NCBI GenBank assembly: GCA_045542335.1
Contig: JAZQKV010000105.1
Span: forward strand, 1,377-65,376
Direction: 5' to 3'
From: Eubacteriales bacterium
GTDB lineage: Bacteria > Bacillota > Clostridia > Oscillospirales > CAG-382
DNA: 64,000 nucleotides
Shown here in pieces: positions 57,639-64,000 of this stretch. Each line of letters opens with the position of its first letter. The first letter of the stretch is position 1. A program made the position numbers and the translations under genes. The notes under the pieces were generated by a model, which had not been told where the DNA came from, searched no databases, and saw only the letters and a program-made list of their open reading frames with translations.

Positions 57639-58763
57639 ATGAATCAGACATTTAATTATGTGGCAACCTGCCTTTTCGGACTTGAGGGAATGGTGGGCGA
57701 GGAAATCGACGCTCTTGGTTATAAACGCCGGGAAACAATTGACGGCAGAGTTTATTTCAGCGGTGATATTTCTGCAATTGCAAGATGCAATATGTGGCTT
57801 CGCTATGCAGAGAGGGTTTATATAGAAGTCGGCTCATTCACCGCAGAGAGCTTTACAGAGCTTTTTGATGGCGTAAAAGCCTTGCCCTGGGAGGATTTTA
57901 TCGGCATGGAGGACGCTTTCCCCGTGACAGGTCACTCAATCCGTTCAAAGCTTTTCAGTATTCCCGACTGCCAGAGTATTGCTAAAAAAGCAATTGTCGA
58001 ACGCCTCAGAACAAAGTATAATATTTCGATTTTTCCCGAAAGCAAAACGAAAATCCGTGTTGAGTTTTTCATTCTCAACGACAAGGCGTGCCTGATGATT
58101 GACACAAGCGGAAATCCGCTTTTCAAGAGGGGTTATCGCCTTGAGGCAAATGATGCTCCCATAAGAGAAACACTTGCGGCGGCAATCGTGAAGCTTTCAA
58201 GACCAAGAGAGAATGTCCTTATGTGGGACCCTTTCTGCGGTTCGGGCACTCTTGCCGTTGAAGCAGCTCTCATGATGAACAATATTGCTCCCGGAATTAA
58301 CCGACGCTTTGCCGCCGAGCATTTTGAGTTTATCCCAAAAGCTGTGTGGCGCAATGCCAGAGAGCAGGCGAGGGAAGCTGTTGTAAAAAGCGATTTTCAC
58401 GTTTTTGCCTCGGATATTGACCCGAAATGCGTTTCTCTTGCAACGGAAAATGCAAAGCGTGCAGGCGTTGCGGAAAGTATAGATGTTTTCCAGAAGGACG
58501 CATTGCGCATTGAAAAGCATGACTTGCGCACAACGCTTGTGTGCAATCCGCCATATGGTGAGCGTATGTCGAGCATTTCCGAAGCCCGCGAGCTTTATCG
58601 CAAAATGGGCAAGGTTTTCTCAAAGGTTGTGCCACCGTGGCAGATGTACCTTATTACCTCCGAGGAGGAATTTGAACGTCTTTACGGCAGGAAAGCAGAC
58701 AAGGTGAGAAAGCTTTATAACGGAATGATTAAGTGTTCGCTTTATCAGTATTTTAAAAAGTGA
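57639..58763 (+). CDS. THUMP-domain class I SAM RNA methyltransferase (YpsC/RlmL-like)
   Basis: DTSGNPLFKRGYR, APIRETLAAA, DPFCGSGT, CNPPYGER. Confidence 0.9.
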   Translation: MNQTFNYVATCLFGLEGMVGEEIDALGYKRRETIDGRVYFSGDISAIARCNMWLRYAERVYIEVGSFTAESFTELFDGVKALPWEDFIGMEDAFPVTGHSIRSKLFSIPDCQSIAKKAIVERLRTKYNISIFPESKTKIRVEFFILNDKACLMIDTSGNPLFKRGYRLEANDAPIRETLAAAIVKLSRPRENVLMWDPFCGSGTLAVEAALMMNNIAPGINRRFAAEHFEFIPKAVWRNAREQAREAVVKSDFHVFASDIDPKCVSLATENAKRAGVAESIDVFQKDALRIEKHDLRTTLVCNPPYGERMSSISEARELYRKMGKVFSKVVPPWQMYLITSEEEFERLYGRKADKVRKLYNGMIKCSLYQYFKK

Positions 58764-58833
58764 GGCTTTGTCCGACGATTGAGAGTAAAAAAACGCAATT
58801 TAAATCCAAAGGGGAAAAGAGGAAAAATAAACA

Positions 58834-59520
58834 ATGTTAATTGATTTGCACGTCCATACAAAGGAAGTCAGCCGATGCTCGGAGATTCCTGCAAGAGAGG
58901 TTGTCAAAACATATAAGGAGCAAACGGCATATGATGCCATTGTGATAACAGAGCACATAAATGCCTGCCTTTTCGGCGAGGAAATGTCAGGGGAAAAATG
59001 GCAGGAAACTATCACGAGGTATATGAGTGGTTACAATACGGCAAAGGAGGAGGGCGACAAGCTCGGCTTAAAAGTGTTCTTTGGCTGTGAGCTTGCCCTT
59101 ACAACCGTCGGCGACAACGATTTTCTGCTTTACGGTGTGACGGAGCAGTTTTTGAGAGATAATGTGAACATCAACAGAAGACCTCTTAAAGAGGTGTCAC
59201 AGCTCTGCAGGGATAACGGCATACTTCTTTACAAGGCTCACCCTTTCAGAAACGGAATGGTAATGGTTGACCCCTCGCTTCTTTTCGGCATTGAAACTGC
59301 AAACGGTCATCCGGGACACAATTCAAGAAACGATTTTGCAAACCTATGGGCGGATATGTACGGACTTGCAAAAATCGGAGGCTCGGATTTCCACCACCCC
59401 GGTCATCACGGCAGAAGCGGAATTTTCACAAGAACTCCCGTCAATGACGAAAAAGAGCTTGTTGAAGTTCTGAAAAACGGAGATTATATGATATGCTCCG
59501 ACATAAACAGAGGTTTTTAG
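58834..59520 (+). CDS. PHP domain metallophosphoesterase-like protein
   Basis: DLHVHT, ITEH, GCEL, KAHPFR, GGSDFH. Confidence 0.82.
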   Translation: MLIDLHVHTKEVSRCSEIPAREVVKTYKEQTAYDAIVITEHINACLFGEEMSGEKWQETITRYMSGYNTAKEEGDKLGLKVFFGCELALTTVGDNDFLLYGVTEQFLRDNVNINRRPLKEVSQLCRDNGILLYKAHPFRNGMVMVDPSLLFGIETANGHPGHNSRNDFANLWADMYGLAKIGGSDFHHPGHHGRSGIFTRTPVNDEKELVEVLKNGDYMICSDINRGF

Positions 59521-59583
59521 CAGTCCCACACTTTAAGAATTAATTTTATTGGTTAAAAAAATGTAAACAAATGCCAAAACCAC

Positions 59584-59612
59584 TTGATTTTTCCATTGGT
59601 TTATATTAAAAT
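59584..59612 (+). promoter_or_regulatory. SigA promoter of groESL
   Basis: TTGATT-N17-TAAAAT, immediately upstream of CIRCE. Confidence 0.7.
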
Positions 59613-59625
59613 ATAGTCCATGGAG

Positions 59626-59652
59626 TTAGCACTCGCCGGGTTTGAGTGCTAA
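59626..59652. promoter_or_regulatory. CIRCE element (HrcA operator)
   Basis: Perfect TTAGCACTC-N9-GAGTGCTAA. Confidence 0.97.
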
Positions 59653-59660
59653 TAACATAA

Positions 59661-60002
<342 letters not shown>

Positions 60003-60039
60003 TTTTAACAGGCGAAAAATCATCATTATTTGGAGGTAA

Positions 60040-61671
<1,632 letters not shown>

Positions 61672-61679
61672 TTTGAGTA

Positions 61680-61748
61680 TATGTGGGGCTTCACCCCACA
61701 CCCGACCAAAGGGGTGCTTTTCGAGAAAAGCACCCCTTTGGAATCCCC
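61680..61748 (+). repeat. Composite palindromic REP-like element, full copy
   Basis: tatgtggggcttcaccccacacccgaccAAAGGGGTGCTTTTC-ga-GAAAAGCACCCCTTTggaatcccc, 8 nt after the groEL stop. Confidence 0.8.
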
Positions 61749-61858
61749 TAAAAGCTTTAAGAGGGAAGTATATATAAGTAAAAGTAAAAGAGCCAGGCGG
61801 TCATGGGGACGGCTTGGCTCTTTCTGTTGTTTTTGTATTAAGTGGGGTGTGTCATAAG

Positions 61859-62287
61859 TCACTTGGTCTTTCTGCCACCCCTGATTTTCTCCCGCTTGTT
61901 GCGAAAATATGCCTTTATCTTTTCCCACCATGGTACCTTTATTTCGCAAAGAGGTGTAAGTCCCTTTTTGGCTCTGTACCTGTCAAGTGCTTTTCGCAAG
62001 CCGAGTGCAATTGCAACGCAAAGCGGAAAAAACGGCGTCATCGGTCCCATCCAAAATGCCCAATACACTGTGCCAACGGCAATAAGCGGCGTACATTCAA
62101 GAAGTATTCCAAGAAGATAAAGCAGCCATATGGGAATGGTCATGACAAGAACAACGATGCCGAAAATAAGCAGGTTGTGTATGTCGCCAAGCTCACGCAA
62201 TATGCCCTTTACAAATCTAACAAGCTTTGCCCAAAGTTTTTTCAATGTGTCGGAAAAAGTGTTTTTTGTTGTTTCTTTGCTGTTCAT
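61859..62287 (-). CDS. Hypothetical membrane protein
   Basis: Hydrophobic core with FWMGPMTPFFPLC and a basic tail. Confidence 0.65.
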   Translation of the reverse strand: MNSKETTKNTFSDTLKKLWAKLVRFVKGILRELGDIHNLLIFGIVVLVMTIPIWLLYLLGILLECTPLIAVGTVYWAFWMGPMTPFFPLCVAIALGLRKALDRYRAKKGLTPLCEIKVPWWEKIKAYFRNKREKIRGGRKTK

Positions 62288-62308
62288 TTTGCCTCTCAGA
62301 AGTGATTA

Positions 62309-63154
62309 TTATTGAGTGTCATTATCATTTAACAACGCTGCCTTGTTGTCGGCTTGGTCGCCTTTTGAATTGTCGGCAAGCTCGGGGATAAAGTGGCGTG
62401 CAAGCTTGCCCTTGCCCCTGGTCTTGACGTAAAAATAGCCGATTGCGCTGAAGATAACGGCACCGATAAAGTTGACAATGAGGTCCTTCATTGTGTCAAA
62501 TAAACCGATGTCAAGATATCCGTTCACAGGCAGAAGCTCTCCGTTGACCGCTGTGCTTGCAATGTCGCGGACAACAACGGCGGTGTTTTGTCCTTCGGGA
62601 TGAAGCGTGACGCTGCTGATTGTTGTTATAACCGTGTCTTTTTGCATATCTGTCAGCAAAAAGCAATCCATTGAAAACTCGAAAAATTCCCAGAGAACTC
62701 CGATTGTCATTGAAAAGCAAAATGCAACAATTGCCATGTAAATCGGAGAAAGAGCGAATTTGAGGTGCTTGTTTCGTGTCAGAATGTCAACAAGACAAAA
62801 ACCAAACGCCGCACAAAGAAAACCGTTGAGCGTGTGGAGCATGGTGTCCCAATGGGGGACGGTCAGATAATATCGGTTAAGCTCACCAAGAATTTCCGCC
62901 GCAAAAACAAAGCAGAGAATGAATATTTCAAGGGTGTTGGGAAGCACTATTCCGAAATTCTTCTCCATAAATGCCGGAATGAAGAACAGTATCAGCGTCA
63001 GCGAGCAGTAGAAAACGCTCTGATAATCCTGCCTTAAAACCGAACGTACAAGCGTGAGAATTACAATTGCACGAAGCACAGCATAAACCACAAAGGCTGA
63101 CTTATGCTGTTTTATATGAGTTTTAAGCCCTTTGAAAAAGCCGTTTCTTTCCAT
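62309..63154 (-). CDS. Multi-pass membrane protein with H...WE..E...D motif (DUF2238-like)
   Basis: HWDTMLHTLNGF, GVLWEFFEF, DMQKD, DTMKDLIVN. Confidence 0.65.
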   Translation of the reverse strand: MERNGFFKGLKTHIKQHKSAFVVYAVLRAIVILTLVRSVLRQDYQSVFYCSLTLILFFIPAFMEKNFGIVLPNTLEIFILCFVFAAEILGELNRYYLTVPHWDTMLHTLNGFLCAAFGFCLVDILTRNKHLKFALSPIYMAIVAFCFSMTIGVLWEFFEFSMDCFLLTDMQKDTVITTISSVTLHPEGQNTAVVVRDIASTAVNGELLPVNGYLDIGLFDTMKDLIVNFIGAVIFSAIGYFYVKTRGKGKLARHFIPELADNSKGDQADNKAALLNDNDTQ

Positions 63155-63338
63155 GGATTTCACCTCTGAATTGCATTTACTACATTTTATTATAAAATTT
63201 TCCTTTTGTCAATACCCGACATTTAATGTTTCAAATTGTTTACGTCGTTAAAACAATTCCGCTTTCTGAAATCTTTTTCAAAGCGACCGTTACCGACTTG
63301 CAATTATAAAGCAGAACCTTACGGCAATTGCCGAAAAC

Positions 63339-63367
63339 GAATAAAAAGTATTATTCCGGGCATACTT
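63339..63367 (+). promoter_or_regulatory. SigG-type promoter of tepA
   Basis: GAATA-N17-CATACTT versus the SigG consensus GHATA-N17/18-CATAcTA. Confidence 0.6.
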
Positions 63368-63388
63368 CCAAAAAACGGAGGTATGCCC

Positions 63389-64000
63389 ATGAATTATTAT
63401 ACGAACGAAGATTCAAAGCAGGTTTTACACGAAAAAAGTGAGAACTTGAATATACTTGACAAAGCAGAAATTGACCGTGATGACAGATTACGCAAAAATT
63501 GTGACAGCAACGGCGAAGAGGCAGAAGAAGAGCTTGAAATTGAAAAAAAGCAGGAAATAAGGCTCTCCAATATTGCCCAATCGGGAAGCATAACAACAAG
63601 AAATGATGATATAACAATTCATTCTCTTGTTATCGCAGGGCAGATAGAGGGGCATACAATGCTCCCCCCCGGCTCCAAAACAACAAAGTATGAGCACGTC
63701 ATCCCTCAGCTTGTAGGCGTTGAGGAAAGCGACGAAACTGACGGACTTCTCATTCTCATCAACACCGTTGGCGGCGACGTTGAAGCCGGACTTGCCATTG
63801 CCGAAATGATTTCCGGCATGAGCAAACCAACTGTTTCCCTTGTGCTTGGCGGAGGTCATTCAATCGGAGTGCCTCTTGCAGTATGCGCAAAAAAGTCTTT
63901 TATTGTTCCCTCGGCAACAATGACTATTCACCCGGTGAGAATGAATGGACTTGTCATCGGAGTTCCGCAGACGTTCAGCTATTTTTCAAAAATGCAGGAC
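63389..64000 (+). CDS. tepA: ClpP-like protease TepA, 3'-partial
   Basis: GGAGG SD + ATG; [55 protein letters not shown]. Frame is open to the window end. Confidence 0.88.
   Translation, partial: MNYYTNEDSKQVLHEKSENLNILDKAEIDRDDRLRKNCDSNGEEAEEELEIEKKQEIRLSNIAQSGSITTRNDDITIHSLVIAGQIEGHTMLPPGSKTTKYEHVIPQLVGVEESDETDGLLILINTVGGDVEAGLAIAEMISGMSKPTVSLVLGGGHSIGVPLAVCAKKSFIVPSATMTIHPVRMNGLVIGVPQTFSYFSKMQD

Overview
This is a 64 kb chromosomal segment from a spore-forming Clostridia (Bacillota) genome; gene style suggests an Oscillospiraceae/Ruminococcaceae-like organism, which is an inference. It is mostly core genome. Core loci are sigG, tcdA, qmcA/nfeD, recA-recX, the conserved yloC-remA-gmk-rpoZ-priA-def-fmt-rsmB-rlmN-prpC-prkC-rsgA-thiN operon, lon-engB, smpB, aroE, groES-groEL (with a perfect CIRCE) and tepA. 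Accessory genes sit between them: an SLH-anchored M15 peptidase, a large HTH protein, two tandem serine hydrolases, a 1498-aa secreted SGNH esterase carrying an X-module/type II dockerin-like unit, a GH27 alpha-galactosidase and a Gfo/Idh/MocA + YfiH-like sugar catabolism pair. I found no rRNA, tRNA, CRISPR-cas, integrase, transposase or prophage genes. The most notable signals are: (1) four genes, including smpB, whose conserved N-termini have a good SD sequence but no ATG/GTG/TTG, implying ATA/ATT/ACG initiation; (2) an in-frame shikimate kinase-SH3-NlpC/P60 fusion; (3) a dispersed family of composite palindromic REP-like repeats at gene 3' ends; (4) a hairpin that sequesters the tepA SD and overlaps its own SigG-type -10 box; (5) an MBL-fold protein that has lost most metal ligands. 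All calls come from motif reading by eye; no database searches were run.
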